Source of the DNA: Methanotrichaceae archaeon
GTDB lineage: Archaea; Halobacteriota; Methanosarcinia; Methanotrichales; Methanotrichaceae
NCBI GenBank assembly: GCA_963803145.1
Contig: CAWDLW010000008.1
Coordinates: forward strand, 192,001-256,000
Direction: 5' to 3'
Length of the DNA stretch: 64,000 nt
The position numbers and the translations under genes are program-made. Below the pieces are notes generated by a model. That model saw nothing but the letters and a program-made list of their open reading frames with translations, did no database searches and was not told the DNA's origin. Positions within the stretch are counted from its first letter, which is position 1. Every line of letters starts with the position of its first letter. Positions 29,975-38,896 of the stretch are shown here, in pieces.

Positions 29975-30781
29975 TTAAGCGTAAAGCTTACCATAAGGCC
30001 TCTTTGACTTTGGAGTCAACCTGATGAAATTCTCTTTGAGAATTTGATCTTTCCTCAAATGAAGACTTGGGAAGCGTTCGACAAACTCTGAGACGTAACC
30101 TTCCACAACGTCTCTATCGATGTCATTTAGCTGCGATATCTCCACCTGGGCGCCAACCTGGGTTTTATCTACGGATCCTCGCAGATAGATCACGCCCCCG
30201 TGCATTCCAGTGCCTATGAAGTTGGCCTTATGCGGGCGTCCTTCGAGTCCCAGAAGGATCACTATGCCGCCAGCCATATATTCTCCGAGGAAATCCTGGG
30301 AAGTGCCTCCTATCACGACTACAGGCCTCTTCTCTTCATACTCCTTCATATGCAGAGCAGTCCTGTAGCCCACATTGTCTCGGACGAAGATCTTGCCGCC
30401 TCGCATACTGAACCCGAGTACATCCCCTGCCCGTCCCTCAACAGTGATATCTCCTGCATCCATAGTATTCCCAACGCCGTCCTGAGCATTGCCGTGAACT
30501 ACCAGGCTGTGGCCGTAAAGGAATGCTCCCAGATCGTTCCCAGGGGTTCCGAAGATCTCAATATCCATAATCTTTCGCTCTGGAGAGTACAGTCGTGTGC
30601 CGATGTACCTCTGTCCGCACACATTTCTTAAAACGACCTTCTTCACGCCCGAGAGCATGAGATCCCTGAGTCTATCATTGAGCTCTTTTGTAGCGAGTCC
30701 AGCGGCATCGATCTCCGCAGACTCCATTCCTTCGGCCTCATTCCGAGGCTTTGATCCTGTTGCCACTTCCGCCCTCGCCAT
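29975..30781 (-). CDS. Glutamate synthase GXGXG beta-helix subunit (GltB domain 3)
   Basis: GQRYIG, GTPGNDLG, GNAQDGVGNTM, GEYMAGG, GTGMHGG. Confidence 0.92.
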   Translation of the reverse strand: MARAEVATGSKPRNEAEGMESAEIDAAGLATKELNDRLRDLMLSGVKKVVLRNVCGQRYIGTRLYSPERKIMDIEIFGTPGNDLGAFLYGHSLVVHGNAQDGVGNTMDAGDITVEGRAGDVLGFSMRGGKIFVRDNVGYRTALHMKEYEEKRPVVVIGGTSQDFLGEYMAGGIVILLGLEGRPHKANFIGTGMHGGVIYLRGSVDKTQVGAQVEISQLNDIDRDVVEGYVSEFVERFPSLHLRKDQILKENFIRLTPKSKRPYGKLYA

Positions 30782-30787
30782 CTTGGT

Positions 30788-32302
30788 TCACTCTCCAGCG
30801 CCCTTTATGCCGAGGACATCCAGCTCCCACTCGTGTAGGCCAATGCCCCTAAGATGATCGCGGTTTCCTCGCAAGCTTTCAAGAGCATTGATTCCCATGC
30901 CGCCAAGCATCTCCTGGATCTCATGAGACCATGCATTCAGCAGGTTGGACAGCCTTTGAGCAGCGATTTCGGTATTCAGCCTTCCTGACAGGCGCGGGTC
31001 CTGTGTGCATATGCCCCAATTGCACTTTCCTGTATAGCACTTTTGGCAGAGGTTGCAGCCCATTGCGATTAGCGCAGCCGTGCCTATATAAACAGCATCA
31101 GCACCCAAGGCTATAGCCTTAATTACATCGGCGCTGCATCTTATTCCACCTGCTGCAACTATAGAGCATCTATTCCGTATCCCTTCGCTTTTCAGGCGGC
31201 GATCTAATGAAGAGATGGCGAGCTCAATGGGTATTCCTACATTATCCCTTATAGCCTTTGGAGCGGCACCGGTTCCGCCTCGTAGACCATCGATAGCTAT
31301 AATATCAGCACCCGCACGGGCAATACCCGAACCTATTGCCGCGAAATTATGTACTGCAGCAATCTTTACTGAGACTGGCTTCTCATAGTTCGTGGCCTCC
31401 TTCAGGGCATGGATGAGCATCGATAGATCTTCAATTGAATATATATCATGGTGAGGCGCCGGCGAGATTGCATCTGTTCCGGCAGGGATCATTCTCGTAG
31501 CTGCGACCATTGGCGAGACCTTTTCGCCTGGCAGATGGCCTCCGATTCCAGGCTTTGCCCCCTGGCCAACTTTGATCTCTACTGCAGAAGCACAGTTCAG
31601 GTACTCTGCATCTATTCCAAAGCGGCCCGATGCTACCTGGACTATTGCGCAGCGGCCAAACAGCTCCCTCATCTCCTTCGGCAGGCCGCCCTCGCCTGTG
31701 TTGAAGAACGTTCCAGAGTTGCAGGCCGCGGTGGCTAAAGCCTTGAATGCATTTAGACTGATGGCTCCGTAGGACATAGCCGAAAATAGGATCGGTGTCT
31801 CAATCATCAGATTAGGTCCAATATTGGTTTCAATCTTGACATCGCCATCCGCTGTGTTTATGCTCATGAGATCGGGCTTAGATCCTAGGAATGTTCTAAG
31901 CTCCATTGGCTCTCTAAGTGGATCGATGGAAGGGTTGGTTACCTGTGATGCGTTTAGCACAATGTGATCCCAATAGATCCTGAACGGCTTATCGTTACCG
32001 CACCCTGTCAGGATTACTCCACCGGTCTCTGCCTGTCTCTTCAGATCCTCAATTTTCTCCCTAGACCAGCTTGCATTTGCTTTATAGAATGATGGATTGG
32101 GCCTGACGACTATGGCATCCTTTGGGCAGAAGATGACGCATCTCTGGCATCCGGCGCATTTGTATTCATCAGATATAAGCCTGTCATGAACTTCGTCATA
32201 ACTATGCGTGCCGAAGGCGCACTGACGCTCGCATCCACGGCACTGGCCGCATTTTTCTTCGTCCCTTATGATCTGGAACTCAGGAAACAGGAATGACTTC
32301 AT
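30788..32302 (-). CDS. gltB: Archaeal glutamate synthase FMN subunit with N-terminal 2x4Fe-4S
   Basis: AMSYGAIS, NTGEGG, QVASGRFG, EIKVGQGAKPGIGGHLPG, GGTGA, CNLCQKCYTGKC. Confidence 0.95.
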   Translation of the reverse strand: MKSFLFPEFQIIRDEEKCGQCRGCERQCAFGTHSYDEVHDRLISDEYKCAGCQRCVIFCPKDAIVVRPNPSFYKANASWSREKIEDLKRQAETGGVILTGCGNDKPFRIYWDHIVLNASQVTNPSIDPLREPMELRTFLGSKPDLMSINTADGDVKIETNIGPNLMIETPILFSAMSYGAISLNAFKALATAACNSGTFFNTGEGGLPKEMRELFGRCAIVQVASGRFGIDAEYLNCASAVEIKVGQGAKPGIGGHLPGEKVSPMVAATRMIPAGTDAISPAPHHDIYSIEDLSMLIHALKEATNYEKPVSVKIAAVHNFAAIGSGIARAGADIIAIDGLRGGTGAAPKAIRDNVGIPIELAISSLDRRLKSEGIRNRCSIVAAGGIRCSADVIKAIALGADAVYIGTAALIAMGCNLCQKCYTGKCNWGICTQDPRLSGRLNTEIAAQRLSNLLNAWSHEIQEMLGGMGINALESLRGNRDHLRGIGLHEWELDVLGIKGAGE

Positions 32303-33425
32303 CTTTTACCATCCTTCTGCTTTTTAGCTCACCTATTACAGGCTCTCCCCCATCGGGCGTCCAGACATTGTCAAGCTCCGGCGAAATGAGCCTTATTGGC
32401 GCCTCCTCAGATGATAAGTAAAACATAGGGCCTTTAGTAGCAGCAGTGAGCGGCCGAAGCCTAATTCTATCCGTAAGACCAATCATTCTGCCGCGCTGAC
32501 CAATGATTATTGAGAATGGACCATTCATAAGCAATGGCCCGTAGACCATTCGGAGTGTTGTAAATAGCTTCTTATCTTTATCGTTCATTCTGTCGATTGC
32601 ATCCCAGATCGGCGGTGCCAGTATCTTCGAGGCCACCTCGATTGGAAGGTTTTGCCTCCTCATTAGAAGATCTACGGCGTAGGTTATGACCTCGGTATCA
32701 GTCTGTAAGGTGCATGCATATCCGTACATCTCGAGATACCAGCGGTTCGTTCCATAGGATGAGATCTCGCCGTTATGAACGACGGTCTGATCCAGAAGCC
32801 CAAAGGGATGGGCTCCTCCCCACCATGCCTGGGTGTTTGTGGGAAATCTGCCGTGAGCAGTCCAGATATAGCCTCGATAAAGCTTATCCAGCATGAAGTA
32901 TTCCGCAATCTCCTCAGGATAACCGACGCCCTTGAAGCAGCCCATGTCCTTTCCTGAAGAGAAGACGTAAACGTTGTCAAGTTTTGTGTTAACCCACATC
33001 ACTTTGGCGACAACATAATCGTCATCCGGGATCAGTACGTCGTCTCCTTTCTTGTTAGGAGCGACGAAGTACCTCCAGGCAAGGGGTGGGTCCTTCACCC
33101 AGACACTATCATCGTGAGGTATCTCTTCATCATGGACTATATCGAAGCAGCTGCAAAGGAAGGCTTCAAGCTCAGTCTTGGCGCGTACCTTGTCCTCGTG
33201 GCTAATGGCCGTGAACATGACATGAAACGCGTAATAATCCCTGAAATCAGGATAAATTCCGTAGACTGCAAACCCACCACCTAGGCCGTTGCCGCGGACG
33301 TGCATGTTTGTGATTGCCTTGATGACGCCCTCGCCTGTGAACCTATCCCCGTCCCGGTTCATAGCCCCGAAGATGGAGCAGGAACAGATCTCCTTATTGT
33401 AGAGCTCCCTTCTTTTCCTAGGCAT
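32280..33425 (-). CDS. Glutamate synthase class II glutamine amidotransferase subunit (GltB domain 1)
   Basis: CSIFG, RGNGLGGG, HGRFPTNT, WWGGAHPF, HNGEI, TDTE, DRIRLRP. Confidence 0.93.
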   Translation of the reverse strand: MPRKRRELYNKEICSCSIFGAMNRDGDRFTGEGVIKAITNMHVRGNGLGGGFAVYGIYPDFRDYYAFHVMFTAISHEDKVRAKTELEAFLCSCFDIVHDEEIPHDDSVWVKDPPLAWRYFVAPNKKGDDVLIPDDDYVVAKVMWVNTKLDNVYVFSSGKDMGCFKGVGYPEEIAEYFMLDKLYRGYIWTAHGRFPTNTQAWWGGAHPFGLLDQTVVHNGEISSYGTNRWYLEMYGYACTLQTDTEVITYAVDLLMRRQNLPIEVASKILAPPIWDAIDRMNDKDKKLFTTLRMVYGPLLMNGPFSIIIGQRGRMIGLTDRIRLRPLTAATKGPMFYLSSEEAPIRLISPELDNVWTPDGGEPVIGELKSRRMVKDEVIPVS

Positions 33426-33510
33426 AATAATCTTAAACTCCAGCCATCATCTGAACGACTACATAAATGCTTTCAAGCGTGATGCAAGCCTGAAAAGGCT
33501 GCGATAAACG

Positions 33511-33549
33511 TTTTATAGCTATTTAAGAAATATTCATAAATTGTATGAA
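33511..33549 (-). promoter_or_regulatory. Promoter module of the glt-fdh operon: palindrome TTCATA-N5-TATGAA 15 bp upstream of a TATA box
   Basis: TTCATAAATTGTATGAA (33533-33549); TATAAAA on the minus strand (33517-33511). Confidence 0.7.
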
Positions 33550-33613
33550 CAAACCGTATCTTTGAAGACAGCGCATTATTTGCCACTATGATACTCCTTA
33601 ACTCATAATATTA

Positions 33614-33647
33614 ATAAAAATAAAAATGTGAGGGGCTGAGGATAGCC
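33614..33647 (-). terminator. Putative glnA terminator
   Basis: GGGCT-N6-AGCCC hairpin at the stop codon, followed on the minus strand by TTTTTATTTTT. Confidence 0.5.
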
Positions 33648-34982
33648 CTATAGTAGCGGCAGATACCTCTCCAGCTCCCACTGAGTGACGCTTGTTCTAT
33701 AGCTGTCCCACTCGGCCTTCTTGTTATTTATGAATGCATTGAATACGTGCTCTCCGAGGGCCTCCTTTACAAGCTCGCTCTTCTCAGTGATTCCTATTGC
33801 CTCATTCAGACTGCCCGGCAGAGATCCAATTCCTGCTGCCTTTCTCTCATCCTCCGTCATATGGAAGATATTCTGCTCCTGGGGTGCAGCCAGATCATAT
33901 TTGTTGGCCATTCCGGCCAAGCCTGCGGCGAGCATCACAGAGAACGCTAGGTACGGGTTGGCTCCTGGATCGGGGCTTCTGTACTCAAGCCTCGTAGCGG
34001 TCTCCTTTCCTGGCTTATACATCGGAACTCTGATGAGCGCGGACCTATTTCGCCTCGACCAGCAGATGTAAACAGGTGCCTCATATCCTGGAACGAGTCT
34101 CTTGTAGGAGTTTACCCACTGGTTTGTGACTGCAGTGATCTCTGGAGCATGCTTCAGAAGGCCTGCGATGTAGTACTTGGCTTCATCTGAGAGATGGTAT
34201 TGATCGCCAGCGTTGAACATGATATTCTTCTTGCCCTGGAAAAGGGACTGGTGGACGTGCATTCCTGAGCCGTTCTGGCCGAAGATTGGCTTCGGCATGA
34301 ATGTCGCATAGCAACCGTATTTCTGGGCGATCTCCTTCACTGTAATCCTGAAGGTCATTACCTGATCTGCCATTGACAAAGCATCGCTGTACCTCATATC
34401 GATCTCATGCTGTGAAGGAGCGACCTCGTGGTGGCTGAACTCAACATCGATTCCGAGCGCATCCAATGCGAGGACGGTATCGCGGCGGAGGTCGGATGCC
34501 GCATCCAGAGTTGTCAGGTCGAAGTATCCTCCCTTATCCAGTATCTCTGTGCCCTGATCGTTCTTGAAATAAAAGAACTCAGGCTCTGGACCGACATAGA
34601 AGGTATAACCCTTATCCTTGATGCGTGCGAGATTTTTCTTAAGGATCTGCCTCGGGTCACCCTCATATGGAGTACCATTAGGATTCTGGATGTCGCCGAA
34701 CAGCCTTGCTACAGCATTCTCCTGCTGTCTCCATGGGATGATCCTGAATGTGGTTGGATCGGGCTTTAAGATCATATCGCTCTCTTCGATTGATTGGAAT
34801 CCCGTGATGGATGAGCCATCAAATCCCATGCCCTCGGAAAACGCTCCATCAAGCTCATTGGTATTTATGGCAAAGCTCTTTGGAACTCCTAGGATATCTG
34901 TAAACCACAGTCTCACAAATCTTACATCATACTTATCTATTGCAGCAAAGACATCGTCTTTTGTCTTTATTTGCATGTCCAT
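33648..34982 (-). CDS. glnA: Glutamine synthetase type I
   Basis: FDGSS, GPEPEFF, HHEVAPSQHE, FMPKP, NGSGMHVHQS, YKRLVPGYEAP, RNRS, RLEYR; AGGAGG RBS. Confidence 0.98.
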   Translation of the reverse strand: MDMQIKTKDDVFAAIDKYDVRFVRLWFTDILGVPKSFAINTNELDGAFSEGMGFDGSSITGFQSIEESDMILKPDPTTFRIIPWRQQENAVARLFGDIQNPNGTPYEGDPRQILKKNLARIKDKGYTFYVGPEPEFFYFKNDQGTEILDKGGYFDLTTLDAASDLRRDTVLALDALGIDVEFSHHEVAPSQHEIDMRYSDALSMADQVMTFRITVKEIAQKYGCYATFMPKPIFGQNGSGMHVHQSLFQGKKNIMFNAGDQYHLSDEAKYYIAGLLKHAPEITAVTNQWVNSYKRLVPGYEAPVYICWSRRNRSALIRVPMYKPGKETATRLEYRSPDPGANPYLAFSVMLAAGLAGMANKYDLAAPQEQNIFHMTEDERKAAGIGSLPGSLNEAIGITEKSELVKEALGEHVFNAFINNKKAEWDSYRTSVTQWELERYLPLL

Positions 34983-35016
34983 ATTAATCCTCCTGAAACC
35001 ACTTTTTCTGTACGCA

Positions 35017-35055
35017 ATTTATAGATATTTGAGATCCCTTCATAATGTTTATGAA
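35017..35055 (-). promoter_or_regulatory. Promoter module of glnA: palindrome TTCATA-N5-TATGAA 15 bp upstream of a TATA box
   Basis: TTCATAATGTTTATGAA (35039-35055); TATAAAT on the minus strand (35023-35017); same geometry as the glt promoter. Confidence 0.7.
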
Positions 35056-35371
35056 AAGTTATGAGCATAAAAAAAGTATTTATAACCTTAATTATTGTGG
35101 AAATAAACGACATATTAAGTATGGAAAATACCATAAAGCGAAGAGCTTAGGATGGAAAATGGCGATGTATTTAAAGCATGCGCTTATTCATGTGGAACGT
35201 GTTTTATGCAGTTTCTGACGGATTCTAATGCATCAAGATTTAGCGGTTTAATCAGTATAGGATTACTCGGAATATATAAGAGCAATTAGTATTAAACCAT
35301 CCTTATCCTAAACACAATAGAAAACCAAAATCTTTATCAGCTATGAAGGATGGCATTCACCTGGTGTTGAT

Positions 35372-35491
35372 ATGGATTTAGTAACAGCAGTTGAATTTCT
35401 CCAAGCCCTGATAGTGTTGGTAATCTTCATACTGATACTGGCTACTGGGTTTAAAGTCTGGCGCAAAAACTACTCGGTCCCACCCAGGTAA
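35372..35491 (+). CDS. Small single-pass membrane protein (39 aa)
   Basis: GGTG RBS; MDLVTAVEFLQALIVLVIFILILATGFKVWRKNYSVPPR, a TM helix plus basic tail. Confidence 0.6.
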   Translation: MDLVTAVEFLQALIVLVIFILILATGFKVWRKNYSVPPR

Positions 35492-35699
35492 ACCATCGCG
35501 AACTCTCATAAACTGTTTTTAGGCTGTTAGCGTTGCTTGGGTTCGCCGCACATAGACGGCTGGGTTAAATTAGGACTTGATTATAACATTCCTATATACA
35601 AGATATTATTGGTATCATTATTACTAGAGTTTTGGATATAAAATGAAAATAGGATCTAATATTTAGCGCTTGTAGCGTCGTTGGATAATGGAGATTCTA

Positions 35700-36584
35700 T
35701 TATAATGGAGATCCTATTATATCCCTGGCAGCAGAAACCACACCTGCCCATGTGTTCGCTGTAGACTGGGTGAACCTGTATCCCGATTTCTCTGCGGTTA
35801 TAATGTAAAAGCCTGTAGCAACATCCATGCCGTAGTATCCGAATGCATCTGTCTTTGTGCTGAAGTATCCGCCTTCACCGCTTGACATTGTAATCTTCAC
35901 GCCAGGTACGCCGTTTCCATTTTGATCAATGACCCGACCTGTCAGGCTGTAGGATGTCGGATAGCCTCCGGAACCTACAGCGACTATAAGGCTATTGCTG
36001 AATAGACCTACTGAGGCAAACTGGTACTGGTGAGGATCAAGCGTATCAGAGAATAATCCCTCAATCTTGTACCAACCAGGCGTCAGGTAGCCCTGAGTCA
36101 ATATCGCTTGGCCGTGATCATATAATGCAAAGCTGCCACTGCCGATAACATGTGCCCACAGCACAAAAGGCTCTCCCAGCATAACACTGCCCTGAGACTG
36201 CAGTCCGGGTCCGCGCTGGAGATAGAGCTGATTCTGATATGGCACGTAGCCCTCGACCGCTAGTTTCTCCTCTGATGGGTCAGTCTGCTGCAGCCGTAGG
36301 CCGCCATTATATGATCCTGAAGCGTATGGATGATATCCCGGACCATAAGGGTCCCAATCAGGTCTTCCGAGTGTCGGCTGATATCCTGAACCGTACGGGT
36401 CCCAATCGGGCCTGCCTGCCGAATATGGATTTATCCAATCTTCTGCCTGCTGTTGCGCCTGGCTGCCGCTGATGACGGGTGTTCCCAGATAATCGTATCC
36501 TTTGCTGTCTCCCATACCTTGGGAGCATGCTGTTCCTATAAGAAGGAAAATCAGCATTAACACTACTGAGTACCTTACCCACAT
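35700..36584 (-). CDS. Secreted protein with C-terminal carboxypeptidase-regulatory-like (Ig-like) domain
   Basis: Signal peptide; GRPDWDPYG twice; GRVIDQNGNGVPGV...TDAFGYY...TAEKSGY. Confidence 0.82.
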   Translation of the reverse strand: MWVRYSVVLMLIFLLIGTACSQGMGDSKGYDYLGTPVISGSQAQQQAEDWINPYSAGRPDWDPYGSGYQPTLGRPDWDPYGPGYHPYASGSYNGGLRLQQTDPSEEKLAVEGYVPYQNQLYLQRGPGLQSQGSVMLGEPFVLWAHVIGSGSFALYDHGQAILTQGYLTPGWYKIEGLFSDTLDPHQYQFASVGLFSNSLIVAVGSGGYPTSYSLTGRVIDQNGNGVPGVKITMSSGEGGYFSTKTDAFGYYGMDVATGFYIITAEKSGYRFTQSTANTWAGVVSAARDIIGSPL

Positions 36585-36832
36585 CCGAATTCCCCAATTA
36601 TCGGTATTATTCTATTGCACTTAAAGATTATGGGAGGAATGGCCAAAAAAACTACAGTTCAATCGCTCCTAGGAGTTTCTATAGGCTTTCAGTTAGACTT
36701 AGATACCTCAGCGGAAATAAAAGTAGAGAACGTGCTGAGTAATGGAACTTGGGATTAGGGCATGAAAGGTATAGGATAAAAGAACGAGAGATGCAATATA
36801 ATTTACATTAACCCTTAAAGGTTTGTACTTTC

Positions 36833-37561
36833 TCAACCCAAGACAATTGTTCTTGACCCAGTGAGATCGAAGTTCGTTGTATTTCCCGGAGTAATAAAGA
36901 CAACGCGCGGCGGGATGCCATAGCCCGACTTCTTGGGCTCAAGCGTATGCATCCCAGCGCTAAGGGCAAGATGATAGTTCCCCTGCACATCGGTAGATGC
37001 CGATGCTGGAGATCCGTCAACCCCTATGCTTGCAAAGGGTATGCCTGCTCCGCTTTGATCCACGATTCTGCCTTGAACCCATCCAGTGCCGCTTGCGCCT
37101 GTATAATATGCAGTTCCCGATGGATATGTAGATCCAGATGGGTACTGGTTGAAGGCATTAGGTGTTGTGACGTTAGTTGTCGTGACATTAGTCGTCGTGA
37201 TACCAGTTGCCGGATAGCCTATAATCCTCGGCGCAACAGCTTCTGTGTCTGGTCGGACCTGAGAAGCAGCTGATGTGAAGCTGAATCCCGGAAGCTCGGC
37301 GGTTATGGTATAATTGCCTGGAGGTATATTGAAACCGTAGTAGCCTGTGGCATTTGAAGTTGCATTAAATGCTTTGCTCTCGTTTCCAATTATCCAAACC
37401 GTGACTCCAGATATGCCGAACCCGGCTGCATCAACTACTTGTCCTGTTAAGTCGTAGCCCGTCAAGTTCCCGCCAGGTTCTGCTGGATTCTGAGAATATG
37501 CAGTTCCTATCAGAAGGAGAGCCAACGCCAACATTACTAAATACTTTACCGGCATCTGCAT
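36833..37561 (-). CDS. Secreted protein with two carboxypeptidase-regulatory-like domains
   Basis: Start at MQMPVKYLVMLALALLL (signal peptide); GQVVDAAG..GYY..PGNYTITAE and GRIVDQSG..TDVQGNY. Confidence 0.8.
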   Translation of the reverse strand: MQMPVKYLVMLALALLLIGTAYSQNPAEPGGNLTGYDLTGQVVDAAGFGISGVTVWIIGNESKAFNATSNATGYYGFNIPPGNYTITAELPGFSFTSAASQVRPDTEAVAPRIIGYPATGITTTNVTTTNVTTPNAFNQYPSGSTYPSGTAYYTGASGTGWVQGRIVDQSGAGIPFASIGVDGSPASASTDVQGNYHLALSAGMHTLEPKKSGYGIPPRVVFITPGNTTNFDLTGSRTIVLG

Positions 37562-37640
37562 TCTTAGACTACTATTATCAGCTTTACACTTAAAGTTTAT
37601 GGGGGATGAGAGGCATTTTCGAATAACGGAAATTTTTGAG

Positions 37641-38861
37641 CTATTCAGCTCGCAAAGCCTCGATAGGGTCAAGCCTCGCGGCCCTATTTGCGGGGTAGAC
37701 ACCTGCGATTGTCGTCGTCAGCACCCCAAACAGCAATCCTATGGCAATAGACATCGGTGTTATAGCCGAGGGCATTCCTCCAAGTGATCCTATGGCTAGT
37801 GATACAAGTACTCCCAGAGCTATGCCGATGACGCTGCTTACAATGCCGAGGACTCCCGCTTCAAGCAGGTACTGAAGCCTGATATCCCTCATAGTCGCGC
37901 CCAGGGCCTTCATGACGCCTATTTCACGTATGCGCTCCTTAACTGTGAGCATCATGACATTGGCGATCCCTATTCCTCCCACGACCAGAGATATCGCGCC
38001 TATACCTCCCAGGGCATACTGGATCATGGTCAATATGCTCAGCAGCGACGAGAGCATGTCCCTGGCGGTCGTTGCATCATATGCCTCGTTCTTGTGATAC
38101 CTCTGGAGATCGGTTTTGATCCTATCGACCACACTGTCTGTTTGCGCAGGATCCTCAACCGTTACCAGGAAGGTCTCGTAATAATAATTCTCCCTGCCAA
38201 GCAGCTCCTTCATGGCCTTGTGAGTTATATACATCTGGGTATTAGGGTTGCTGCCAGGGCCTCCAAACGATGACTGCTGTTGATCCTGAAGGACACTAAC
38301 TACTTTGAAGTCCATGTAGCGGTCCTGATAGTATAATCGTATCCTGTTTCCAGGAGTTATCTTCATCCTGAAGAGCCCCTCTGAAACACCATTTCCGATA
38401 ACAATCGATTTATAATCGGAGTCCGTGAGGAACCGACCTAGCGCAACTTTGCTTTTGAGGTCATCCTCATTCTTCGGATCGATGCCTGTTAAGCTGGCGG
38501 AAGCATTCTTATCGCGGAAGGCTATCACTACTCCAGCAGATGTTTCTGGCGCAACATTCTTGACTCCAACTATATTTTCAAGAGCTTTGGTGTCTTTATC
38601 TGTGAACTTGGCAGGCTCTTCTGCAGGCTTGTTCAGCTGGTTGCCTGGTCCAAAGTTAAAAGTGCCCGGTATCACGCGTACTACGTCCAGATTGAACGCG
38701 CTGAACTGTGAGGATACGCCGGAGTACAGCCCCTGTCCTACAGAGAGCATCACCACTATGGCCATGACTCCAATGATGATTCCGAGGGAGGACATAAGCG
38801 TTTTAAACCTGTCGGCTTTGAAGCCGACGGCTATGAACTCCAGCATATCAGGTAGCTTCAT
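37641..38861 (-). CDS. MacB/FtsX-family ABC transporter permease
   Basis: LGIIIGV TM1, large extracytoplasmic loop, GGIGIANVM..VKERIREIGVMKALGA, YPA..AARLDPIEALR. Confidence 0.94.
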   Translation of the reverse strand: MKLPDMLEFIAVGFKADRFKTLMSSLGIIIGVMAIVVMLSVGQGLYSGVSSQFSAFNLDVVRVIPGTFNFGPGNQLNKPAEEPAKFTDKDTKALENIVGVKNVAPETSAGVVIAFRDKNASASLTGIDPKNEDDLKSKVALGRFLTDSDYKSIVIGNGVSEGLFRMKITPGNRIRLYYQDRYMDFKVVSVLQDQQQSSFGGPGSNPNTQMYITHKAMKELLGRENYYYETFLVTVEDPAQTDSVVDRIKTDLQRYHKNEAYDATTARDMLSSLLSILTMIQYALGGIGAISLVVGGIGIANVMMLTVKERIREIGVMKALGATMRDIRLQYLLEAGVLGIVSSVIGIALGVLVSLAIGSLGGMPSAITPMSIAIGLLFGVLTTTIAGVYPANRAARLDPIEALRAE

Positions 38862-38896
38862 CTGTTCCTCCTGGCTTTATTTGAACCCGGAACATT

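Noticed and set aside
37562-37702. N-terminal extension of the 289-aa ORF in the track
   Set aside because: Overlaps the permease 3' end; the signal peptide begins at 37561/37555
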